From an uncultured Verrucomicrobiota bacterium (GTDB taxonomy: Bacteria > Verrucomicrobiota > Kiritimatiellia > CAJWTS01), in assembly GCA_913047795.1 (NCBI GenBank), contig CAJWTS010000011.1, positions 5,232-69,231 on the forward strand: a stretch of 64,000 nt of DNA, written 5' to 3'. Below, piece by piece: positions 52,997 to 60,998 of this stretch. Below the pieces are notes generated by a model. That model worked only from the letters and a program-made list of their open reading frames with translations, did no database searches and was not told the DNA's origin. Positions within the stretch are counted from its first letter, which is position 1. Each line of letters starts with the position of its first letter. The position numbers were made by a program, and so were the translations under genes.

Positions 52997-53757
52997 CTCT
53001 TCCTCCGTCGAACGCGAAGCTCAGGTGCGCGCGGCTCTGACGCGTCGCCTGCAGCGCTTGGTTGGGGGGCATGCACCGCCAGTTCCGCCAGAACACCGTC
53101 GGTTGTCTCGACACGTCCAAAGATACGTGCATGCATCAGTAGGGCCTCATCATGGGCGCGTTGGGTGAATGTCGCACAGGCATCTTCGCACAGGAGACTG
53201 TTGTAGCCTAGTTCCGCCGCAGCGCGGGCGGTTCCTAAGACGCACGCATCGGTCAGGATTCCCGTAATGACAAGGCTCCGGATGCCCATGTTCCGCAGAG
53301 CGTGATCAAGAAGACTGGCTGTGAACCCGCCGGAGGTGAGCTTGTCGACCACAAGGTCCGCCTCACCGGGGGACAACCTCTCGTCGATTTGGTAGCCGGG
53401 GCTGTCTCGATGCGATCTTGGCCCTCCGGCAGAGAAGTTCGCTTTCAGACGTTCCGTCATCTCGTCGCCGGAAGGCGTCACGTTGCCGTTACGAGTAAAC
53501 ACGATCTTTCGATTCTGACGCCGGAACAGTCCCATGAGTCGCCGGATATTCGGAACCACTGTCTCGTCAATACGCCGGTTCCAGTAACTGACGATCTGCG
53601 GATAGTGGGTGGCCAAAGGAGAATCCGGCTCGACCGTCATCTGGTCGGATTGCATGTCGACCACGATAAGTGCGGTCGACTTGGCATCGAGCACAAAGTC
53701 GGCGCTCATCACATCGAACGGCCATTCCGAATCGAGCTTCCGAGGATTCCATTTCAT
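52993..53757 (-). CDS. cassette-borne isochorismatase/cysteine hydrolase family protein
   Basis: ALIVVDMQ, VVDK, VITGILTDACVLGTAR catalytic D/K/C; start set at the first ATG after attC1 (MKWNPRK). Confidence 0.88.
   Translation of the reverse strand: MKWNPRKLDSEWPFDVMSADFVLDAKSTALIVVDMQSDQMTVEPDSPLATHYPQIVSYWNRRIDETVVPNIRRLMGLFRRQNRKIVFTRNGNVTPSGDEMTERLKANFSAGGPRSHRDSPGYQIDERLSPGEADLVVDKLTSGGFTASLLDHALRNMGIRSLVITGILTDACVLGTARAAAELGYNSLLCEDACATFTQRAHDEALLMHARIFGRVETTDGVLAELAVHAPQPSAAGDASEPRAPELRVRRRKR
53007..53067 (-). mobile_element. integron attC site 2
   Basis: CCCCAAC-ca-AGCGCTgCAGG.GACGCG...CGCGCGCACCTGAGCTTCGC-GTTCGAC; 61 bp. Confidence 0.88.
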
Positions 53758-53770
53758 GTGGTGTCTTATC

Positions 53771-53830
53771 TCCCAACGTTGGAAATCACGGGCGCGCGCT
53801 TCGCGCGTCCTGTGCATTGACTTGTTAGGC
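53771..53830 (-). mobile_element. integron attC site 1
   Basis: GCCTAAC-aagtcAATgCACaGGaCGCGC-GAA-GCGCGCGCCCGTGATTtccaac-GTTGGGA; 60 bp, starting at the stop codon of the upstream ORF. Confidence 0.9.
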
Positions 53831-54552
53831 TAGTTTTCGTACCCCAACCTGCTAAGGGTGTCAGGTGGAAAAAGCTCACGGAAAAGATCGTAGTGATGAG
53901 GCTGGAACAGAGAATGATAAGTTTTAGTGTCCAATTGCGATCTGGTCACATACGCCGGATAGTTCACTATGGTATTAAGATCAAATGGCTTAGATACTCT
54001 CAACAGAATCTCTTCTGAAAATTCAAGGTGTCCAGCGATTCTGGAAATTGTCGATTGGTAGTCATTTTCAAATTCTTCAAGTTTCAAATTGAGGAATCTT
54101 CTGTCGGAAAAGGGAAAGTGATAGATATTCATGATTACTCCTCTAGATAGATTTTGCATTTCAAAAGAAATACCATCTTCAGATTGGAGGCGCTCTTTGT
54201 ATGTCTTTCCCGTATCTTTCCACTCTGTATTAACCCAGGGTTCATCAATTCTTTGATGCCATCGATATGCAGATGCAATGATTTCATAAGGATGACGGAT
54301 TACGTGTATCCCTTTTACTGTTAAATTTTCTATTCGCAGATTACCGCCCCACGATACGAATTTGTAATCAACAGATTGATCCACTTCTGCACTACTTTCA
54401 TAGACAATCACGTCTGCGTCATTCGGAACTTCCGAAGTGGTAGAAAGGTCGTAATAAGTCAAACCCACCTCTTGAGCAATGGCTCGAGCTATTCTGCCGC
54501 ACAGGTGATGACCAGTTTTGTGATGTGTGATAAAAATTCGTTTGAACATCAT
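53830..54552 (-). CDS. cassette-borne sulfotransferase-like (P-loop) protein
   Basis: THHKTG (5'-PSB-like), IRHPYEIIAS (3'-PB-like), LKLEEF, LGY end; strongly AT-rich. Confidence 0.7.
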   Translation of the reverse strand: MMFKRIFITHHKTGHHLCGRIARAIAQEVGLTYYDLSTTSEVPNDADVIVYESSAEVDQSVDYKFVSWGGNLRIENLTVKGIHVIRHPYEIIASAYRWHQRIDEPWVNTEWKDTGKTYKERLQSEDGISFEMQNLSRGVIMNIYHFPFSDRRFLNLKLEEFENDYQSTISRIAGHLEFSEEILLRVSKPFDLNTIVNYPAYVTRSQLDTKTYHSLFQPHHYDLFRELFPPDTLSRLGYEN

Positions 54553-54570
54553 ACTTCCCGTAATTTTGAA

Positions 54571-54650
54571 GCCTAACGTTGCGTTTAGCCGCGGGGCGAT
54601 CTCGCGTCAGGGACGGTCACATGACCGACGGAGCCGTTCCGTGGTTAGCG
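54571..54650 (-). mobile_element. partial/degenerate attC (clear right arm CGCGGCTAAACGCAAC-GTTAGGC)
   Basis: R' GTTAGGC is the exact complement of the R'' GCCTAAC of the next site. A possible R'' CGCTAAC lies at the GT2 stop, but L'' pairing is poor. Confidence 0.65.
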
Positions 54651-55823
54651 CTTCAGATCCAGCCCCAGGATACTGAAGAAGAAACTGAACAGGACCGTCT
54701 GGCAGCCCATGATCAGGGAGGTGACGGCGGGAATGACGGTGCGCAGGGTCTGTGCGGGAATCAGCGGGCCGAACGATTGACTGCGCCAATGCATCACGGC
54801 CGCAATCGATCCACCGATGCCGATCAGCACCAGCACCGCGCCGATCACGAGGCCGAGCTCCAGCGTGAATGTGTCGAAGATCTTCAGGAACTTTTCTTCG
54901 CGAGGACGTAAACCGGAGACCATGGCGAAGGTCTTGGAGAGGAACGCGAAGAGAACGGCCTGGAAGCCGATCAGGACCGCGGCGGCGGAGAACATCATGG
55001 TGTGGATTCCGAGGTTGGCATCGCCAACACGTTGATCGCCGGGCAGAAGCCAGGCGCCGGTCGCGAGGCCCGCAATCATTAAGAGCATGCCGGGGTACAG
55101 GAATAACCAGCGTGGGCTGTAGAGCAGCATGAACCGCAGGTGCCGCCAGCCGTCGCGCCAGGTGCGCAGATGCGGTGCGCGCGTGCGCCCGTCGGGTGAC
55201 AGCGTGGTTGGAACCTCGGCGATGCGACTGTTGTGCAGCGTCGCCTTGACCACCATTTCGCTGGCGAATTCCATGCCGGTCGATTGCAGGTCCCAGGTTG
55301 CAGCTGCCTGCTTGCTGAACCCGCGCAGGCCGCAATGAAAGTCGCTGCTGGGACAATTGAAAAATAGGCGACCGATCCAACTCAGCACGGGATTGCCAAG
55401 GTAGCGGTGCAGGAACGGCATGGCACCCGGCGCGATGCCGCCCTTGAAGCGGTTGCCCATGACGAGGTCGTATCCTTCGCGCAGTTTTTCCACATAGCGC
55501 GGCATGTGGCTGAAATCATAGCTGTCGTCGGCGTCGCCCATGAGGATGTAGGTGCTGCGCGCCGCCGCGATGCCGCCCAGCAACGCGCTGCCGTATCCCT
55601 TGTTTTCGATATCGACAACGCGCGCACCGGCGTCGGTTGCCATTTTCTGGGATCCATCCGTGCTGCCGTTGTCGGCGATGAGGACCTCGCCCGGAGCACC
55701 GAAATCATCGATGGCCGCTTTCGCTTTGCGGACACAGGTCTCGATGGTCTCTGCCTCGTTGAGGCAGGGCATCAGGATCGTGATTTCGAGGGAATCAGCC
55801 TTGGATGTGTGCTGGTCAGTCAT
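54645..55823 (-). CDS. glycosyltransferase family 2 (DPM1-like) with C-terminal TM domain
   Basis: MPCLNEAETI, ADNGSTDGS, GYGSAL, MGDADDSYD, DFHCGLRG, GMEFASEM, DGWRHLRF. Confidence 0.93.
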   Translation of the reverse strand: MTDQHTSKADSLEITILMPCLNEAETIETCVRKAKAAIDDFGAPGEVLIADNGSTDGSQKMATDAGARVVDIENKGYGSALLGGIAAARSTYILMGDADDSYDFSHMPRYVEKLREGYDLVMGNRFKGGIAPGAMPFLHRYLGNPVLSWIGRLFFNCPSSDFHCGLRGFSKQAAATWDLQSTGMEFASEMVVKATLHNSRIAEVPTTLSPDGRTRAPHLRTWRDGWRHLRFMLLYSPRWLFLYPGMLLMIAGLATGAWLLPGDQRVGDANLGIHTMMFSAAAVLIGFQAVLFAFLSKTFAMVSGLRPREEKFLKIFDTFTLELGLVIGAVLVLIGIGGSIAAVMHWRSQSFGPLIPAQTLRTVIPAVTSLIMGCQTVLFSFFFSILGLDLKR

Positions 55824-56299
55824 TTGGAGCCCGCTGAGGCGACTATCCAAGCATAGGGATTCCCATTCCGGCAAGCGTAATGGCAGGCACGGTTGTCATC
55901 AGGACGTGGGGTGCGTGGATGTGTCCACGGGGTACCTGCTAAGGGTAGCGGAAGCGGTCCTCGCCTGGCCTAAAGGTCCGTGAAGAAGATGATCGGACCC
56001 GCGACGCCGAAGAACAAGCTCGCGCCACACCGGATATGACGACAGGGGAGAATAGCGCGGCGATCAGAAACCGTATGGCGAGGCTGGTAAGACGGCCTCG
56101 ATATTCGTTCATGGGCCGTGCCGGGTTGGATGCGCATCTCCCGCGCGTCCGGACGCCTGTGTTCATCAGCCCAAGACCGGGAAAGGACCCGGCTTCGACT
56201 CTTGCCTTTTTAATGGCTATCGGGCACGATTCGTCCCCCTTCCGGATCGGCCGCAGGCTGGAGCCGGGCCGGGCGAGCAACCATTCGGGCTGGCGTGTT

Positions 56300-57199
56300 A
56301 TGTGTGGTATCGTAGGCTTATATCTGAAGAACGAGGCGTTGCAGCCTCGGATTGGTGAGTTGGTTACACCCATGCTGGATCGCATGGGCGATCGTGGTCC
56401 GGATAGCGCCGGGCTGGCCATCTATCGCGACGAAGTTCCCGCCGACAGCATTAAACTGACGCTTCGGCGCCTTTCGGATGAACTTGACTGGTCGGACGTG
56501 GATACGGCTCTGACCAAACGCTTTGCTGGTGATGTTCCCCTGCGCGAGAACGGAAGCTACGCCGTTGTCGTGGTGACGGGTACCGAGCAAGCCGTCGTTG
56601 ACTACCTTGCGGAAGCCTACCCCTCGGTGCGGATCATGAGTGCCGGGCGCAAAATCGAGATATTCAAGGAAGCCGGTCGTCCGGAAGCCATCTCGAAGAA
56701 ATTTGGTTTTGACGGTCTTTATGGCTCGCATGCCATCGGTCATACGCGCATGGCGACAGAGAGCGCGGTGACAACCGACGGCTCACATCCGTTTTCGACC
56801 GGGATGGACCTGTGCCTCGTTCATAACGGTAGTCTCAGCAACTATTTCGCACTGCGCGAGAATTTGCAGCGGCAGGGGATCGAGTTTCGGACCGAAAACG
56901 ATTCAGAAGTCGCGGCGGGTTACCTGATGTGGCGCATGCGCGAAGGCGATAGCCTGCGGGCGGCGCTGGAATCGGCGCTCGCGGATCTCGACGGTTTCTA
57001 CACGTTTGCAATCGGAACCGCCAACGGTTTCGCCGTCTTGCGCGATCCCATCGCTTGTAAGCCCGCCGTGATGGTCGAGACCGATGACTACGTGGCCATG
57101 GCATCGGAGTATCGATCGCTTGCGGATCTGCCCGGTATCGAGGCCGCGCAACAATGGGAACCGGAACCCGGCCTGGTCTATTCGTGGGGCGACGACTAA
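56300..57199 (+). CDS. glxB: class II glutamine amidotransferase (GlxB/MgsA, N-methylglutamate synthase subunit A)
   Basis: MCGIVGL N-terminal Cys, RGPDSAG, GHTRMATES, HNGSLSN, RDPIACKP. Confidence 0.85.
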   Translation: MCGIVGLYLKNEALQPRIGELVTPMLDRMGDRGPDSAGLAIYRDEVPADSIKLTLRRLSDELDWSDVDTALTKRFAGDVPLRENGSYAVVVVTGTEQAVVDYLAEAYPSVRIMSAGRKIEIFKEAGRPEAISKKFGFDGLYGSHAIGHTRMATESAVTTDGSHPFSTGMDLCLVHNGSLSNYFALRENLQRQGIEFRTENDSEVAAGYLMWRMREGDSLRAALESALADLDGFYTFAIGTANGFAVLRDPIACKPAVMVETDDYVAMASEYRSLADLPGIEAAQQWEPEPGLVYSWGDD

Positions 57200-57215
57200 G
57201 TCGAAGGGAGTCGAT

Positions 57216-57911
57216 ATCAAGGAGCAGACGATAGACTTGAGTGCCGACAGCGTACGGGCTTTGAATCAACGCCTGCACGACCTGACCGAGGCGAGCGCGG
57301 ACAGTACCTGGCGCATTGCGCAGCCACGCGGAGCGCACGCGATTGCCTGTGGTATGCGCGTCGCGGCCGATATCGTCATCGATGGGCACGCCGGCTACTA
57401 CTGTGCCGGCATGAATCAGCTGGCACGGATCACCGTTAACGGCAACGTCGGCGTCGGTGTTGCGGAGAACATGATGTCCGGCGTCGTGCGCGTCAAGGGG
57501 CAGGCCAGCCAATCGGCGGGCGCCACCGCGCATGGTGGTCTGCTCGTTATCGAGGGCGATGCGGCGGCGCGCTGCGGGATCTCGCTCAAGGGCGGCAACA
57601 TCGTGGTCGGCGGCTCCGCCGGGCACATGACCGGGTTTCTGTCGCAGGCGGGCAATATCGTTATTTGCGGTGACGCGCGGGAAGCCCTGGGTGATTCGCT
57701 CTATGAAACCCATATTTATGTGCGTGGCAGGGCGGAAGGATTGGGTGCCGATTGCATGGAGAAGGATCTGCGCGACGAACATCGTGAGGATCTCGCGGGT
57801 CTGTTGGAGCAGGCGGAGATCGACGCCGATCCCGCGACGTTTCGTCGCTACGGTTCGGCGCGAACGCTTTATACATATAAAGCCGACAACGCGGAGGTCG
57901 CGGCACAATGA
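57216..57911 (+). CDS. glxC: GXGXG-domain protein (GlxC/MgsB); start uncertain
   Basis: VRALNQRLH, GYYCAGMN, GVAENMMSG, SAGATAHGG, RCGISLKG, FRRYGSARTLY. Confidence 0.85.
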   Translation: MKEQTIDLSADSVRALNQRLHDLTEASADSTWRIAQPRGAHAIACGMRVAADIVIDGHAGYYCAGMNQLARITVNGNVGVGVAENMMSGVVRVKGQASQSAGATAHGGLLVIEGDAAARCGISLKGGNIVVGGSAGHMTGFLSQAGNIVICGDAREALGDSLYETHIYVRGRAEGLGADCMEKDLRDEHREDLAGLLEQAEIDADPATFRRYGSARTLYTYKADNAEVAAQ

Positions 57912-59242
57912 CGGCGAGCGGTCAGCCCGAACCCGGCATGCGCGAGTCGGCCTCGTTCGATCGCAACGTGATCCACGAGATCCAGCGCGCGGCGCGGACC
58001 GGTGTTTATGACATTCGTGGATTCGGGGCGAAGCGGCATTTGCCGCATTTCGACGATCTCGTTTTTCTCGGCGCCAGCATGTCGCGCTATCCACTTGAAG
58101 GATACCGGGAACGATGCGATTGCGATGTGACGCTCGGAACGCGTTTCGCTACGAATCCGATTAAGATTGAAATTCCGATCACCATCGCCGGCATGAGCTT
58201 TGGCGCGCTATCGGGTCCCGCCAAGGAGGCCCTCGGCCGCGGCGCCACCGCTGCTGGTACCAGCACAACGACCGGTGACGGTGGCATGACGCAGGAAGAG
58301 CGGGGTCATTCCGAAAAGCTTGTTTACCAGATCTTGCCATCGCGTTACGGCATGAACCCCGACGATCTGCGCAAGGCGGATGCGATCGAGGTTGTGCTGG
58401 GCCAGGGCGCCAAGCCGGGTGGCGGCGGGATGTTGATGGGGCAGAAAATTTCCGATCGCGTGGCGGAGATGCGCACGCTTCCCAGGAACATCGATCAGCG
58501 TTCGGCCTGCCGACATCCGGATTGGACCGGGCCGGACGATCTCGCGATCAAAATTATCGAACTGCGCGAGATTACGGACTGGAAGGTGCCTGTTTACATT
58601 AAGATTGGTGCGACGCGGACCTACTACGACGTGAAGTTGGCGGTCAAGGCCGGGGCGGATGTCGTTGTGCTGGACGGTATGCAGGGCGGCACCGGTGCGA
58701 CCCAGGAAGTTTTTATCGAGCACGTCGGCATCCCGACCATGCCCGCGCTGCGCCAGGCCGTCCAGGCGCTCAAGGAAATGGACATGCATCGCAAGGTGCA
58801 GTTGATCGTGTCGGGCGGCATACGTACCGGTGCGGACGTGGCCAAGGCGCTCGCCATGGGCGCCGACGCCGTCTCGATCGGTGTTGCAGCCCTGGTCGCA
58901 TTGGGGGACAACAGCCCGGCGCATCAGTCGGACTATGAGAAGCTTGGCTCCGGCGCGGGATACTATGACGACTGGCACGAGGGCCGGTGTCCGGCCGGCA
59001 TCTCCACGCAGGACGAAGAACTCGCGAACCGCCTGGATCCCGAATTGGGCGGGCGCCGGTTGGCCAACTACCTGCGTGTGCTGGCCGTTGAGTGCCAGAC
59101 GATTGCACGTGCCTGTGGCAAGAGCCATGTGCACAATCTCGAACCGGAAGACCTGGTAGCCCTGACCGTGGAATCCGCTGCCATGGCCGGCGTTCCGCTC
59201 GCCGGCACGAACTGGGTGCCTGGATCGGGGCATGGTGAGTGA
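57908..59242 (+). CDS. glxD: FMN-binding glutamate synthase family protein (GlxD/MgsC)
   Basis: GASMSRYPLEGYRE, AGMSFGALS, GQGAKPGGGG, RHPDWTGPDDL, SGGIRTGADVAKA. Confidence 0.88.
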   Translation: MTASGQPEPGMRESASFDRNVIHEIQRAARTGVYDIRGFGAKRHLPHFDDLVFLGASMSRYPLEGYRERCDCDVTLGTRFATNPIKIEIPITIAGMSFGALSGPAKEALGRGATAAGTSTTTGDGGMTQEERGHSEKLVYQILPSRYGMNPDDLRKADAIEVVLGQGAKPGGGGMLMGQKISDRVAEMRTLPRNIDQRSACRHPDWTGPDDLAIKIIELREITDWKVPVYIKIGATRTYYDVKLAVKAGADVVVLDGMQGGTGATQEVFIEHVGIPTMPALRQAVQALKEMDMHRKVQLIVSGGIRTGADVAKALAMGADAVSIGVAALVALGDNSPAHQSDYEKLGSGAGYYDDWHEGRCPAGISTQDEELANRLDPELGGRRLANYLRVLAVECQTIARACGKSHVHNLEPEDLVALTVESAAMAGVPLAGTNWVPGSGHGE

Positions 59243-59431
59243 TGCGGGCTTCAGGGAGGCGGACAAGCGAATGCACTCCAGGGCGACGCGTGGATTGAGC
59301 AGTCAGCGGCAGGCTGGAGCGAAGCACAGGACCTGAAGCCTGACCACGGAACCCGGCTGCGATCAGGTCTTAAGACTTACAAGGAAATCGAAAAAAATCA
59401 CCACACGACGTCAAACGAAGAGGAGATAGCC

Positions 59432-60790
59432 ATGCGTACACGCGAAGAAGTAAAACAGCAGATGGCAGAAGACGAGATCGAATTTATCCTGGTTCAATTT
59501 GTAGATGCGACCGGAGCAGCGAAGGTCAAGATGATACCGGTCTCCAGTTTTGACGATGCGGTCGATGAAGGCGCGGGGTTCGCCGGTGCGGCGGTCTGGG
59601 GCGTGGGGCAGGGGCCGCATTCGCACGACATGCTCGCGCGTGTGGATGTCGATACCTACACGCCGATCCCATGGCAGCCGAATACGGCGCGCTTCGCGAG
59701 TGATCTCTTCGTCGATGGTGAATCGTACCCGAATTGCGCGCGTACAAATTTCAAGCGTGTCCTGGCGGACACCCATGAACAGGGATTCATCTTCAACGTC
59801 GGCATGGAGCCGGAGCATTTCCTCGTCACGCGTAATGAGGATGGCTCGATTCAGCCCTGGGATCCCGACGGTGTCGATTCGCTGTCCAAGCCCTGCTACG
59901 ACTTCCGGTCGATGGCGCCCGCTATGGCGTACCTACAGGAGTTGACCACCTCCCTGAATGGACTCGGCTGGGGCGTTTATCAATGCGACCACGAGGACGC
60001 CAATGGGCAGTTCGAGGTCAATTTCGACTACGCCGACGCGTTGACGACCGCCGACCGGATTATTTTCTTCAAGATGGCAACGTCCCAGATTGCGAAAAAA
60101 TATGGAGCGATTGCAACGCATATGCCGAAGCCGTTCAGCGATCGAACCGGCAGCGGGCTGCACGTGCACTATCACCTTGCCGATGCCGAGACGGGTTCCG
60201 GGGTCTTTGGGGACGAGAATGATCCGCGCGGGCTGGGTTGCTCCGAACTCGGGTATCACTTTATCGGCGGTGTGTTGCATCATGCGCGCGCGCTGGCGGC
60301 GGTGACCTGTCCGACGGTGAATTGCTACAAACGTCTGCAACTCGGTTCGGGGTTGTACTCGAGCCGATCGGGATTTACATGGACGCCGGCGTTCGTCACC
60401 TATGGCGACAATAATCGTACGCAGATGATCCGCACGGCGGGACCCGGGCATTTCGAGGATCGCACGGTCTCCGCCGCCGCCAATCCCTACCTGGCCCTGG
60501 CTGCCTACCTGGCGGCCGGGATGGATGGCATCGCGAATAAGATCGATCCGGGCGACCCCAACCTGGGCAATATGTATGAGCGTCCGCTCGAGGAGATCCG
60601 TGCCAGGGGCATTCGGATCCTGCCGCAGTCACTCTGGGAAGCCCTGGCCGAACTGCGCGGCGACGAGGTCATCAAATCCGCCCTGGGCGTGATCGCGGAT
60701 GACTTTATCGAGATGAAGACGCGCGAGTGGGAGACCTACGATCAGCAGGTGACGTCCTGGGAACTCGACGAGTACCTGACCTACTTCTAA
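59432..60790 (+). CDS. glnT: type III glutamate--ammonia ligase / gamma-glutamylmethylamide synthetase (GlnT/GmaS)
   Basis: GAGFAGAA, YQCDHEDANGQFEVNF, MPKPFSDRTGSG, NNRTQMIR, NPYLALAA; lies next to glxBCD. Confidence 0.85.
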   Translation: MRTREEVKQQMAEDEIEFILVQFVDATGAAKVKMIPVSSFDDAVDEGAGFAGAAVWGVGQGPHSHDMLARVDVDTYTPIPWQPNTARFASDLFVDGESYPNCARTNFKRVLADTHEQGFIFNVGMEPEHFLVTRNEDGSIQPWDPDGVDSLSKPCYDFRSMAPAMAYLQELTTSLNGLGWGVYQCDHEDANGQFEVNFDYADALTTADRIIFFKMATSQIAKKYGAIATHMPKPFSDRTGSGLHVHYHLADAETGSGVFGDENDPRGLGCSELGYHFIGGVLHHARALAAVTCPTVNCYKRLQLGSGLYSSRSGFTWTPAFVTYGDNNRTQMIRTAGPGHFEDRTVSAAANPYLALAAYLAAGMDGIANKIDPGDPNLGNMYERPLEEIRARGIRILPQSLWEALAELRGDEVIKSALGVIADDFIEMKTREWETYDQQVTSWELDEYLTYF

Positions 60791-60998
60791 TCCTCGTGAT
60801 CGACCTGGGACGACCGGTTCGGCCGGGATCAATGAATCGGACCTTCGTGCGATCTTAACATTTTTCCGGTAGCCTGATGCCCGTTGATGGAGAGAATTCC
60901 AGCGAACGTCGCCCGCTGCGGTCACGGAGGAGGGCCAGGATCTCTGGTTCTGATCCGGGTGCGACCGGGTTACGCGCAATGCAAGGGCTTACACGACC

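Noticed and set aside
53758..53817. ORF-track N-terminal extension of the isochorismatase (MHRTREARARDFQR...)
   Set aside because: It mostly overlaps attC1; the ATG at 53757 after the R' core is the plausible start.
56221..56240. Sigma54-like promoter GGCACGATTCGTCC upstream of glxB
   Set aside because: The -12 element reads CC instead of the near-invariant GC, and the -24 element lacks the TGG context.
60791..60998. Possible glycine or THF-type riboswitch ahead of soxB (GATGGAGAGA...CACGGAGGAG...ATCTCTGG)
   Set aside because: The conserved CCGAAG and CTCTCAGG elements are not properly present; the resemblance is too weak without an Infernal search.
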